From positions 157,604,001 to 157,668,000 of the forward strand of contig NC_091476.1 in NCBI RefSeq assembly GCF_036971445.1: DNA of 64,000 bases, read 5' to 3'. This DNA is from Narcine bancroftii. Taxonomy: Eukaryota. This document shows, one piece after another, positions 1 through 11,249 of the stretch. The notes beneath the pieces were generated by a model that made no database searches, had not been told where the DNA came from, and worked only from the letters and a program-made list of their open reading frames with translations. The position numbers and the translations under genes are program-made. The stretch's first letter is position 1; every line of letters starts with the position of its first letter.

Positions 1-329
1 TAACCTTTAAATATTAAATAGAAGGTTATGGGTTTGAAGCAAGGAAAAATTAGATTCTTGTGGATTAAGTTTATATTGCTCAGCACAACATTGTGGGCCA
101 AAGGGCCTGTACTGTGTTGTACTGCCCACTGTTCCATATTACTCTGGACTTTAAGACACCTCCCCATTTCTCATGGATCATAAAGCCTTTATGGGCAAGA
201 ATTTTTAATATATAACTATTTAACAGAAACAAGTCAGACCTTCAGATAAAAGATGGAGGAATTGTGTGGAAAGTCATCTGGAGAGCAGGATGATTATTTA
301 TGGCTGTGCCTATGATCAGACACGAGGGG

Positions 330-890
330 TTGCAGAGTCCAGGGAGGGGGAGGCACCAAAAAAACAGGGAGACTGCCCCATATTTGAGAAGGAGAAGTAG
401 AGAAGATGACCCTGTGGGGTGGTGACCATGGCAGCACACCAGTGAGAGGGTCTGAGGTTGAAGAATACACAAGCGGCGGACGGTTAGTGACTAGAGGTCA
501 GGAACCCCATGTAGGCTGTGGGTGACTGCAGTCAAGGGACTCACGCCAGGCTGCTGACTGCTGAATAATAATGGCAGAAGGAGTACCAGGTATCAGAACT
601 GGAATGAAAGAGGGTGCTGGATGCTTCCTGATCATGTCAGAGGTGTGCATTTGGAGCTTGGGTTGCTGATGGTTTGGACTGAAGTCTGTGTGGCTGCAGG
701 ATCGCTGGAGGTGAAGCCATGGACATTCAGTAACTCAAAAGGGACTCTCTTTTGCTTCTCTTTCTCTAGCTGTAAGGGGGTGCTGGGCAATTTTTGCTGA
801 TAGTAAATCTTTGCCTTACTGTAAAGGAAATTTTGTGTAATATCACATTTTCTGTTTTATTACATGACAATAAAATAATCTTGAATCTTA
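330..890 (+). mobile_element. Non-autonomous retroposon-like repeat with a ...catgacaataaa..tcttgaatct tail
   Basis: Similar to 7400-8195 and to the reverse complement of 28420-28915 within this window; the tail resembles the Rex1-type 3' end at ~48680. Confidence 0.55.
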
Positions 891-924
891 ATTCAGACTA
901 TTTCTCTGAGCTGTATTCTCTTAC

Positions 925-1047
925 CGGATAGACAACTCCAGCTATCAGTTGGAAGATCAGCCATTGAGGATATATCTCCAATGTGTTTTGATGAGCTCGT
1001 TGGATGCAGTTAAATATTGGATCTTTATCACTGTACATGTTTGGATA
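925..1047 (-). CDS. mgst3b: Microsomal glutathione S-transferase 3b, coding exon 2 (gene continues beyond the left edge)
   Basis: ttctttccag|TAT...CCG|gtaaga; 123 nt translating [41 protein letters not shown], which contains the MAPEG/MGST3 signature [13 protein letters not shown]; phase 0 with exon 1. Confidence 0.95.
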
Positions 1048-2410
1048 CTGGAAAGAAATTGGGAGACATTATCACTAAATTTATGAGTAGTTTTTGTGAA
1101 TACCTTGGCTTCAAAATTACATTTCCAACGTAGGCGAATGGAAAGTGAATCCACAAAAATTCCCATTTCAAATAAACAGATCCTCGCAAAACCACAGATA
1201 CTGGAATCCAGAGTAAACAATGAGATGCTGGAGGAACTCTGACAGTATCTGTGGGGATAACTGGCCAGTCAATGTTTCGGGACAGACCTTTTATCAAGAC
1301 TTGCCCCAACTGTTAAAGAATGTTTTGAATGACTTAGCACAATAATGTGCAAATGGAGTATAGATTTTGATGAGGGAGTAGTGGCAACAATGTAGCTGTG
1401 CATTTAACGTCTTAAACAAATTAAAATACATGAATTATTAATCAATATATCACCTGCCCTGGAGAGATCTCTTGAAATTTACAAAATTGCTAAAGGTTTT
1501 AACGGGTGAGATGCAAAGAGCATGATTTCCTCTGATTTAGTCGGGGGGGGGGGGGGGGGGGGGGTGGTATCCCACAATTTGACATCAAGGTATAAGTGGT
1601 TTGAGACTGAGACCAGGAATGATTTCTTCATCCAGGGAATGATAAACCTTTGGAATTCTCTCGTCCAGATGACTCAGTCTTTGAGTTCGTTCGAAACAGT
1701 GATCAATAGATTTCTGGGCATTAAAACAAATCAAGGGATATGAGGTCATGATCTCAATGAACAACCGAGCAGGCTTGAATAGAAATCTGGTCTAATCATG
1801 GTTTCTATCCTTACGACCCTAAGTACAGAGCCTTGTCCCATCAGGTTTAGATCATGGTCACCGAGGGCAGAATGAAACTAACATATGAGACCTCATGATC
1901 GATCACTGGCTTAATTACTTCCCCGCTGATTGCAAGATCCTGGGCAATCCCTTTAATTTAATGATACAGCACAGTAAGGGGCCCTTTTGGCACACGATCC
2001 CATGCTATCCAAATACAACCATGTAACCAATTAACCTACTAACCTTGTACTTCTTTGGAACACCAGAGGAAACTGGAGTACCTGGAGGAGACCCACATTC
2101 TTTCCCACAGCCTTAAAACTAAAATTCCTATGAAAACTAGAGCAGCTCATACATCAGACCGTGTGGCATCCACGACTAAAACAATGGTCTTAGTTATAAA
2201 GTATAAAACTTTAAAAAAAAACCCCAACAAATCAGCATTAACTACTTTGAATGGTTTCTTGCAGGCCAATGTTGTAAATGCATCGATGCATTTATTCAAC
2301 CTTTGATTAATCTGTCAATCAGTCCCTAAAGGCCTTAAATAGGATGAGAAAATCTTGAAAGGAAATCAGTTGTTGCTATTGAGGAAGTTTGTTACCTCAA
2401 ATAATAGCAT

Positions 2411-3446
2411 TGTTATGAGCCCAAAGAACCCCAAAACCCAGGAGCAATAGATATTCACCACGACAAATGGTTACTTAAACAAAAGTTGTTTTTAATTATC
2501 TTTAAACATGAAAACAGAATCAAACTTTAACTTATCACTGTTAACTTAATTAACCTAACTTAACCCCCTTCCAATTCTAAGTGCATGTGTATGTAATGTG
2601 TGTGTAAATTTAAGAAAAGTTCTTTGGTTCACAGTTCAATCTCACTTCTCATTCTTCCAAGTTCACTGGTTGCAGGCAATTCTTATACTGTGCACAGAAT
2701 TTAACATGTATTAAGTTCACCAGGCTTTGGTGGTTGAAAGGTAAATGGTTACCACTCAGGAAGGTTCATGTAGGTTTGCAGAGAGAGATATGTGGTTCTA
2801 GGGATTTCCACAACTGAGGTACCACCATTAGTCACCTCAATGTCTTGCTGATGAAACTGGCCCCATCAGGGTTCTCCAGATGATAACCTCTTTCTTTCAG
2901 GTTATCACAGAGTTCCTTTCTGTTCCACTCATTCCAAGAGAAACATCAGACAGATAGCACTTCCACCTATCTGCCACTCTGAAGCTTCTGTTTCAGTTCC
3001 AACAACCTGTCTTGTTACAGCATTCTGTGTCGCACACAGTCCAAGACTCCCTTCTGTCTCTCTCTCCTCAGATATAAACTCCCAGAAAACCCATGTGACT
3101 CTCTCACTTGCAAAACACCTAACCTTTTCCAGCAAACAATAGGAGTTAGTCTTCTGATCCATCTGTGGTTTTTAGGTGAACAAGAACCTCTCGATGACCT
3201 CTGAGTGAGCACTTTGCAGAGAGGACCAAAGCCTTGCAAAAAGGTCCAAAACGGACAACCTGGCTCTGGCTGTTCTTCCAAAACATGACAATTCATGACA
3301 TCATTTTAATTAGCACCTACTTGTGAAATGTGCATAGCATTCCTCACAGCTCCTCTTCAAAGTACTGTGGATATGAATTCTCCAATATTTTAAATAAAAT
3401 TTCTTTTAAACTGTGTGTATGTAAGTGACATACTTTTTCTATCACA
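2411..3446. mobile_element. Solo LTR-like element (about 1036 bp)
   Basis: Begins TGTTATG and ends ATCACA; flanked by a 4-bp direct repeat GCAT (2407-2410 and 3447-3450); no coding capacity. Confidence 0.7.
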
Positions 3447-3659
3447 GCATCAATTCCAATAATCATCTTTACTTTATAGTTTACGTGTAAAAAATAAACT
3501 GAGGCAATATTGCTTTATTAAAAGCAAAGTTCAAAGTTCAGATTTATTGTCAGAGTAAACAAAGAATCACTCGCCATGAGCATTGCCTGGCGCCCCTAAC
3601 AAAAGGAAACAGAAAACCAAAAGAGAGCCATTACAGCAGCTCCGGCACCATTCCACATT

Positions 3660-4200
3660 TTTTATAATACCTTGGTTAGATGCCACTTAGAATATTATAT
3701 TCAGTTCTGGTCACCTCATTGAAGGAAAGATGTGGATGCTGTAGAGAGGGTGCAGAGTGATTAATAAGAATGTTGCCAGGTTGGAGGGCATGCCTTCTGA
3801 GGAAAGGTTAAGTCAACATGGACTTTTCTCCTTGGAGTGACAGAGAATAACGGATGATCTGATAGAGGTGGGCAAGATGATGAGAGGCATTAATGATGTG
3901 GATGGTCAGAGGCAGTTTCCCAGGGCAGAAATGATTAACATGAGGGAGCATAGACTTAAGGTGCTTGGGAGTAAATACGGAGTGGGGGTGGGTGTAAGAA
4001 GCAAGTTCTTTTCATAGAAAATGGAAGGTACATGGAATGCGGTGCTGACACTGGTGGTGGAGCCAGGTAAGAATAGGATCTTTTATTAGATAGGTATATG
4101 GAACTGAAATAAATGGAAGGTTATGCAGAAGGGAAATTCTAGGCAGTAGATACAGTAGGTATTAGGTCAGCACAACACTGTGGGCTGAAGGGCCCGTTCT
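3660..4200 (+). mobile_element. CR1-clade LINE 3' fragment (decayed)
   Basis: Degenerate CR1 ORF2 C-terminus (..LEY.IQFWSPH..KDVDAVERVQ..) followed by a 3' UTR shared with the other CR1 copies in the window. Confidence 0.75.
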
Positions 4201-4450
4201 GAGATGTGGATATCTACAAACATACATGTCATTACATACAACTCTGAAACTGTCCAAAATATGAGCCCTGATTGTTTGTCTTATTCATTTTAACTGAATG
4301 AGCCTAAACTCCAGGTGTTGTTCCCCCACCAAAAGATTTTTACATAATCAGCAACATATGCCATTCTCATGATCTTTTATGAACTGTGAAGACCTCCCTT
4401 TGAGGAGATGGACCCAATGGACCTCTCCTTCAGAGGAAACTTCCTCACTT

Positions 4451-5245
4451 CTTACCTCGACGTTGCACCCCTTACCTTGACGTTGCACCCCTTACCTTGA
4501 CGTTGCACCCCTTACCTTGACGTTGCACCCCTTACCTTGACGTTGCACCCCTTACCTTGACGTTGCACCCCTTACCTTGACGTTGCACCCCTTACCTTGA
4601 CGTTGCACCCCTTACCTTGACGTTGCACCCCTTACCTTGACGTTGCACCCCTTACCTTGACGTTGCACCCCTTACCTTGACGTTGCACCCCTTACCTTGA
4701 CGTTGCACCCCTTACCTTGACGTTGCACCCCTTACCTTGACGTTGCACCCCTTACCTTGACGTTGCACCCCTTACCTTGACGTTGCACCCCTTACCTTGA
4801 CGTTGCACCCCTTACCTTGACGTTGCACCCCTTACCTTGACGTTGCACCCCTTACCTTGACGTTGCACCCCTTACCTTGACGTTGCACCCCTTACCTTGA
4901 CGTTGCACCCCTTACCTTGACGTTGCACCCCTTACCTTGACGTTGCACCCCTTACCTTGACGTTGCACCCCTTACCTTGACGTTGCACCCCTTACCTTGA
5001 CGTTGCACCCCTTACCTTGACGTTGCACCCCTTACCTTGACGTTGCACCCCTTACCTTGACGTTGCACCCCTTACCTTGACGTTGCACCCCTTACCTTGA
5101 CGTTGCACCCCTTACCTTGACGTTGCACCCCTTACCTTGACGTTGCACCCCTTACCTTGACGTTGCACCCCTTACCTTGACGTTGCACCCCTTACCTTGA
5201 CGTTGCACCCCTTACCTTGACGTTGCACCCCTTACCTTGACGTTG
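4451..5245. repeat. 20-bp tandem array, about 40 copies, spanning the mgst3b exon 1/intron 1 junction
   Basis: Unit cgttgcaccccttaccttga repeated essentially without variation; the reverse complement is CAACGTCAAG|GTAAGGGGTG. Confidence 0.98.
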
Positions 5246-5391
5246 TACTTCTTCCTGGCGATGCCCACTTTGACTCCCAGGTAAGCCAGCATGACCCAGC
5301 TGTAAATGAACACCAGGATGACGTAGCCGAACTGAGGGGGGACGAGGTGAGTCGGGTGGGGGGTCGCGCTTTGTGGCGGCACGTACTGCAT
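5236..5391 (-). CDS. mgst3b: Microsomal glutathione S-transferase 3b, coding exon 1
   Basis: gccgccccgATG in good Kozak context; 156 nt = MQYVPPQSATPHPTHLVPPQFGYVILVFIYSWVMLAYLGVKVGIARKKYNVK|gtaagg; resembles the recalled fish Mgst3b N-terminus (FGYVI..YSW.ML.YL.VKVG.ARKKYNVK). Start codon less certain than the exon 3' end. Confidence 0.92.
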
Positions 5392-5619
5392 CGGGGCGGC
5401 GGGTGACCTGGAAGATGTACGCCCTGCAGACTCCGGTACAGACCGAGGCCGCTGATCCCTCCGCGGGTCAAAGGAGCTCGCGGAGGCGCGACCTCCCAGC
5501 GCAACTCCCCCTGGCGTCTCGGGAGCTGGTCATCACCCACCTACATTCCTGCTGCATCCACCCCTCCTGCACATAACCTGTTGGACTTCATTCCTCTTAC
5601 ATGAAAATTATTGCTTTAC

Positions 5620-5960
5620 TTTCTCTTGTGGTTTTATTTTGCTGCATCTTTCTTTCTGGGTGAAAATTGTTGCTCTCTTCTGCAAAAAATTAAATGTTTA
5701 TCCTGTATTTCTACACAGTGAGTTCTGGTTAAAGATTTGTTTTCCATATTGTTGGAAAGTTCTGAATTCTGATACAGTTTCCCCCTCAAAATTCTTTCAT
5801 TTCCATCTCCATGGGTAAACATTGGTAAATCCTTTCGCTCTGTGGATGAATTGTTTGCTCTGGTTGGATATAAACTGTTATTTGAAAACTATTATCCTTC
5901 TTTCCCCTCTATATCATTTAAAAATTCTCTACATTGATGAAAATTTGTTTTTTTTTCTTT
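5620..5960 (-). mobile_element. L1/Tx1-like ORF2 fragment (decayed)
   Basis: Minus-strand remnants such as PMEMEMKEF*GGNCIRIQNF resemble post-endonuclease L1 ORF2; heavily degraded. Confidence 0.4.
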
Positions 5961-7084
5961 CTGTGTGCTTCTCATGTTTTCTTTCTTTTTCAATTTTGTT
6001 ATTTTACTATTGAGAAGTTTAGATTAGTTTATTAAAGGTTACGTTGCTCAGGTAATAAATTTAGTCATCTACTCCAATGTTGCAGTAGAAAAATGAACCA
6101 TTTGGCCCAACTGGTGTATCTGCATTATTGATTCGTGTATATATTCTTGTGTCCTGGAAAAATAATTCTTCCTAATTCCTTACTGGAAATAATTGCATTT
6201 TAATCATATTTATGTCTCTTAGTTTTAATCTTCCCTGCAAGTGGAATTATCCCTACAAACTGAATGCTCTAGATTCCAGCACCTGTGGCTTTTGTATTTT
6301 TCTTGTCTAAATCTTTTCATATCTATTTAGAAAATGATTTTTTTCTTGGAGGCAGGGAAGCAAGTATTAAGTATAGTTAGATGAAATATTCCCCATGATT
6401 GGAATTATTGCAGTCTTCCATTCTTTTCTGTTTCTTCTAAAATGGAGGAACACTTATTTTATTTCAGATGAAAGAATCATAGTTGTTTTAGTACTTTTGC
6501 TTTTATAAGATGTCTACATGTTTGTAAGAATTCTTACTCTGGGCAAGATAAAAGGTGAGTGACTATTGCTGTAGCCGGGTGTTTCTCTAATTAATCACAC
6601 GCTTATGTCAAGGGCTTACTAATTGCATTTCACTTTGACAACAATGGACATGAACCCTCGCAGCCACAGTTAAGAGTTGGTGGTAAATGCTAAGAGGATT
6701 ATTTGCTGATGTTTGACCCGACCTGAAGAGATCTTGTGGAATCAATGTTGAAGACTGTCACAACACTACCCTTTGACTAGAAACAGCTGAACCATCCCTC
6801 ATGGAGGATCAAGCAGAAGATGATTTTTTTTGAGTTCAACTATCAGCCAGTCTCTGGACTAGTCTTTGGGATATTTTTGGCCAATTTGGATAGTCGTCCT
6901 AGACATTTTGGAAAAGGATTTTGGAAGGTCAAGTAGAAGAACTTCCTCATGTCTGAACAGGTTCCATGTGCACTGTTCCTTCCATTTTTATGTAAATTTC
7001 AAGTTCATTATCTGACTGTACATATTACAACCCGAGAGAGAAAGAGCAATATCAAAGCTAGGAAACAATCATACATTAAGTTTT

Positions 7085-7400
7085 CATAATAGTAGAACAC
7101 AAAATTCTGCAGTCACCGCGATTGAATTAAAAACACAATGCTCGAGAAACTCAACCCATCAAACAGTGTACTTTATATAGTAAAAATAAAGGTACATAAT
7201 CAACATTTCAGACGTGAGCTCCTTATCAAGATATAAGCAAAATGTAGGCAGGCACCATGTACTTTATAAGGCAAAGATAAAGATAAATAACCCACATTTG
7301 GGCTTGAGCCCTTCAAGGTATGAGCAAAATGAACCTGAGCCTACCTACATTTTACTCATGCCTTGATGAAGGACGCAAGCCCGAAATGTTGTTATGTAGG
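7085..7400. mobile_element. Penelope-type terminal fragments in direct and inverted arrangement
   Basis: ctcgagaaactca.. and gggcttgagcccttca.. motifs shared with 30530-30810 and 46450-46825; 7201-7253 is inverted relative to 7339-7391. Confidence 0.5.
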
Positions 7401-8195
7401 AAAATGGCAGTGCTTCTGGAACTGCTCTAACAGCAGCCCTGCCATTGGTGCGTCCCACGGAGGTCGAAGAGGAGTCACAGTTCTCTCGCAGGATCTGACT
7501 GCCCATTCAGACCGCCGTCAGTTCCACTCAGACTTCAAATAGTCTATTAAAGGAGCCGTCGGTGCTTTTATTTGAAAATCCTGTGACCGCGGGATCTGGC
7601 CCAAGATGGCAGTGTCTCTGATTGTCAGCAGAGTCCGTGGAAGGAGAGGTCACCAGAAAAATTGGGAAACCACACCATTTGAGGAGAAGCAGAAGAGACG
7701 ATCCACGGGACGGTGACCTCAACAGTGAACTAATTCTGCAGCTGAAGAACACACAGGCGGCAGGCAGTTGGCGACTCAAAGCGAGGAACCCACACAGGCT
7801 GCGAGCTGCTGGCAACTGCGATTTAGGGATTCACACTGGGTTGCAGACTGCTAGGACTGGCTGAAGGGTAACCAGGTGTTAGGACTGGGATGCGAGAGGG
7901 TGCCAAAGGACCTGAGGGGTCCTGATCATGTAGGAGGATCAGATCTGGAGCACGGGCTCCTGATGATTTGAACTGGACTCTGCATGGCTGGTGGGGCTTG
8001 CGGGAGTGCTGGAGGTGAAACCGTGGACACATGGTGACTTTGAGGAGATTTTCTTTTGATTCTCTTTCTCTGACTGTAAAAAGTTTTTTCAGGCAATTTC
8101 TGCCGATGGCGAATCTGTCTGCTTTATGGCAGATGATATCAAAATTTCATGTACTATTGCACTCTATTACATGACAATAAATTGAATCTTGTATC
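7400..8195 (+). mobile_element. Non-autonomous retroposon-like repeat (same family as 330-890)
   Basis: Internal similarity to 330-890 and 28420-28915; ends catgacaataaattgaatcttgtatctt. Confidence 0.55.
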
Positions 8196-8499
8196 TTCAT
8201 CTGTTTGACCTGCTGAGTTTCTCCAGCACTTTTTTAAAAAAAAAATTCTCTTAAATAAGGACAAAATGTTGATGATGTTTTAACCAAGGGCTTCACACAG
8301 GAAATGGTGGTAACTCTGATTAGTGTTTTGAGTTGAAGCCTCTTCATCCAGAAGATTCCTTCGCTCCAGCCCATAGACGCTGACCGACCCCGGTCAAGTC
8401 TGACGTTGCTTCTCCTTGACTGGGTTTGTCCTTGATTGACAGGTACTCTGTCCAATTGTGCGTCGAGATGGCAGAAATCAGGCGGGTACGGAGCTTTGA

Positions 8500-8700
8500 C
8501 TGACGACCGCCTGAACCAATCATAAATTCTCTGGGCGAAGCTTGATAGGTTAGAACTGCTGTCTGTTGTCAAAGAAGCCAATAGGCGTGGCGGCTGACAG
8601 CAAAGAGCCAGTCAGAATAGAATAAAGGCGGGCCTCCGCGTCCCACCGCTTATAAAAGGAGGCAGCGACGGCGTTTTGCCGCAGTTGACAAGATGGCGCT
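8500..8700 (+). promoter_or_regulatory. RSRP1 CpG-rich promoter: CCAAT boxes, TATA box and a YY1/TISU-like motif over the ATG
   Basis: CCAAT at 8516-8520 and 8578-8582; TATAAAA at 8651-8657; CAAGATGGCG at 8689-8698; local CpG enrichment. Confidence 0.75.
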
Positions 8701-8766
8701 AACGGAGGGGAAGGGGCGTAATGGCGGCACGGAGTCGCAAGGGAAACGAGGCCGTAACGACAAACT
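8693..8766 (+). CDS. RSRP1: Arginine/serine-rich protein 1, coding exon 1
   Basis: ATG in caagATGGcg context; MALTEGKGRNGGTESQGKRGRNDK(L); donor CT|gtaagt; stays in frame through exons 2 and 3. Confidence 0.7.
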
Positions 8767-9323
8767 GTAAGTTCTCCGGCGGAGTCGAGGGCTCTGGGTT
8801 CATAATCGAAGGGGCTCCCGGTGTGTTTAAAGACAAGCAGTTTTAATGCCGCGTGTTTGGGGGGGGGGGGGGGGGTGACGCAGTCTCCCGGTGCAGATGG
8901 CCGAGGGTTGAGGGTGGGCTCGTCACCGTCCCAGCCGAGCTCTCTACCCACTCTGCCTTTTCACGGCTGTCATCGGCACCAAGTTGTGGGCAGGCCTCGA
9001 GTGGTGGTGTCTGGCCATCGATGCGAAGGTCAATGTCGATGGGTGGGGTTCGTTCGGGTTCAAAGTACTGGCAGGGGGAAGGGTTGGGTTAGATGTCACT
9101 GAAATGTGGTTAACTTTTTGTTTAAGATCATCGGCTAATAATTTCCATCACTTCAGGAAGCAAAGGTCGGATCTCTGAACGAAGGTTGATCTGATTGATC
9201 CCCAAGGGCGTTTGACTCCTCACTCATCTAGGGCAGTTCTCCCTGCCCCTCCCTCTCGTCGTATGAGTTTGGTGAACTCCACACTACAGTAGTCTACAAT
9301 CCTGAATCCCCTTTGGATGGGCG

Positions 9324-9378
9324 TTGATTTCTTGAAAACCTTATCCTCAAGATCAAGTGACAAATGTGGATGCCCCTA

Positions 9379-9409
<31 letters not shown>

Positions 9410-11242
9410 CACAGCACGAATTCAAAAGGATCCCCCACTTCCCAAATAATGTGATATAAACTGGGTGCACAGCCGATGCCGCTTTAGTTGCCCATTCAGA
9501 GCCAGCTCTTCAGCGCTTGACGTCCTGCTTTGCGGAAACTGCCAAAATGTTTGGCCTGGAAGTCAGCCTGAAGAAAACTGAGGTCCTCCATCAGCCAGCT
9601 CCCCACCATGACTACCAGCCCCCCCACATCTCCATCGGGCACACAAAACTCAAAACGGTCAACCAGTTTACCTATCTCGGCTGCACCATTTCATCAGATG
9701 CAAGGATCGACAATGAGATAGACAACAGACTCGCCAAGGCAAATAGTGCCTTTGGAAGACTACACAAAAGAGTCTGGAAAAACAACCAACTGAAAAACCT
9801 TACAAAGATAAGCGTATACAGAGCCGTTGTCATACCCACACTCCTGTTCGGCTCCGAATCATGGGTCCTCTACCGGCATCACCTACGGCTCCTGGAACGC
9901 TTCCACCAGCGTTGTCTCCGCTCCATCCTCAACATCCATTGGAGCGCTTTCATCCCTAACGTCGAAGTACTCGAGATGGCAGAGGTCGACAGCATCGAGT
10001 CCACGCTGCTGAAGATCCAGCTGCGCTGGATGGGTCACGTCTCCAGAATGGAGGACCATCGCCTTCCCAAGATTGTGTTATATGGCGAGCTCTCCACTGG
10101 CCACCGTGACAGAGGTGCACCAAAGAAAAGGTACAAGGACTGCCTAAAGAAATCTCTTGGTGCCTGCCACATTGACCACCGCCAGTGGGCTGGTATCGCC
10201 TCAAACCGTGCATCTTGGCGCCTCACAGTTTGGCGGGCAGCAACCTCCTTTGAAGAAGACCGCAGAGCCCACCTCACTGACAAAAGGCAAAGGAGGAAAA
10301 ACCCAACACCCAACCCCAACCCACCAATTTTCCCCTGCATCCGCTGCAACCGTGTCTGCCTGTCCCGCATCGGACTTGTCAGCCTCAAACGAGCCTGCAG
10401 CTGACGTGGACTTTTACCCCCTCCATAAATCTTCGTCCGCGAAGCCAAGCCAAAGAAAAAAACAGCCAATGGTACTGATCAAGTGACAAATGTGGATGCC
10501 CCCCCCCCGTCACAGCGCGAATTCAAAAGGATCCCTCACTTCCCAAATAATGTGATATAAACTGGGTGCACAGCCAATGGTACTGATCAAGTGACAAATG
10601 TGGATGCCCCTACCCCCCCCCCCCCCCCCCCGCTCTGTCACAGCATGAATTCAAAAGGATCCCCCACTTCCCAAATGATGTGATATAAACTGGGTGCACA
10701 GCCAATGGTACTGATCACTTGTCACCTTTTTGGCTGTAACATTAACAACTAGTGATTCCATTTAAATAAAAATTGTGACACCATTTTATATTTTTGGACA
10801 TTTCATTTAATGCAGAAAAGATTCTTCGTGGGGCGAATCTGAACATGAACGTCGCATCTTCTACATGTAGAATGGGTAGTTGAGAGCGGTGTTCAAATGA
10901 GTGAGGCCAATGGGATGGATGGTTTAGGACTATTTTCCATTGTGTCTAGTTGGAATGGAATAAGACAGTTTAAACCAAAGGGCAGAATGCACTGCTGCAG
11001 TGAAGTCGCTTGGAACAATGGTTTGGATTTTGTGGTTTGCAGTCATGACGCAGTGAAATTGCCAACATCTTTTAGGAATGTTTAAAGACTAGCTGGAATA
11101 TGGCAGTATAATTGGTATGCACCTAGTTTATATAACATTATTTGCGAAATTGGGGATCCTTTTGAATTCGTGGTGTGAGAGAGGGGGTAGGGGCATCCAC
11201 ATTTGTTACTTGATCTTGAGGATAAGGTTTTCAAGAAATCAA
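9324..11242. repeat. Inverted-repeat structure: left arm in three tandem copies (about 110-130 bp each) and one inverted copy at 11112-11242
   Basis: ttgatttcttgaaaaccttatcctcaagatcaagtgacaaatgtggatgcccct..gaattcaaaaggatcc..ataaactgggtgca occurs at 9324-9474, with units repeated at ~10478 and ~10586, and in reverse complement at 11112-11242. Confidence 0.85.
9475..10461 (+). mobile_element. RTE-clade LINE, 5'-truncated, young
   Basis: Uninterrupted 295-aa ORF covering the RT C-terminus/thumb (FTYLG, RLAKANSAFGRL, QLRWMGHV, PKIVLYGEL); 3' end gaagccaagccaaagaaaaaa; TSD ACAGCC at 9469-9474 and 10462-10467. Confidence 0.9.
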
Positions 11243-11249
11243 TCCTCAA

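Noticed and set aside
1543-1564. Long poly-G/poly-C and poly-A tracts here and at 8859, 9379, 21725 and 46985
   Set aside because: Simple homopolymers that are common in such genomes and unreliable in length; no specific function is supportable.
4451-5245. CRISPR-like appearance of the regular 20-bp array
   Set aside because: There are no unique spacers and no cas genes, and the context is eukaryotic; it is a head-to-tail tandem repeat.
5232-5540. 102-aa minus-strand ORF from the ORF track
   Set aside because: It is an alternative frame over the GC-rich mgst3b exon 1; the real frame begins at 5391 and splices at 5236.
8550-9178. Several overlapping ORFs around the RSRP1 promoter
   Set aside because: Expected by chance in GC-rich CpG-island sequence; no recognisable protein motifs.
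9517-10404. 295-aa ORF as a host gene
   Set aside because: It is the C-terminal part of an RTE LINE ORF, with near-identical copies elsewhere in the window and a TSD.
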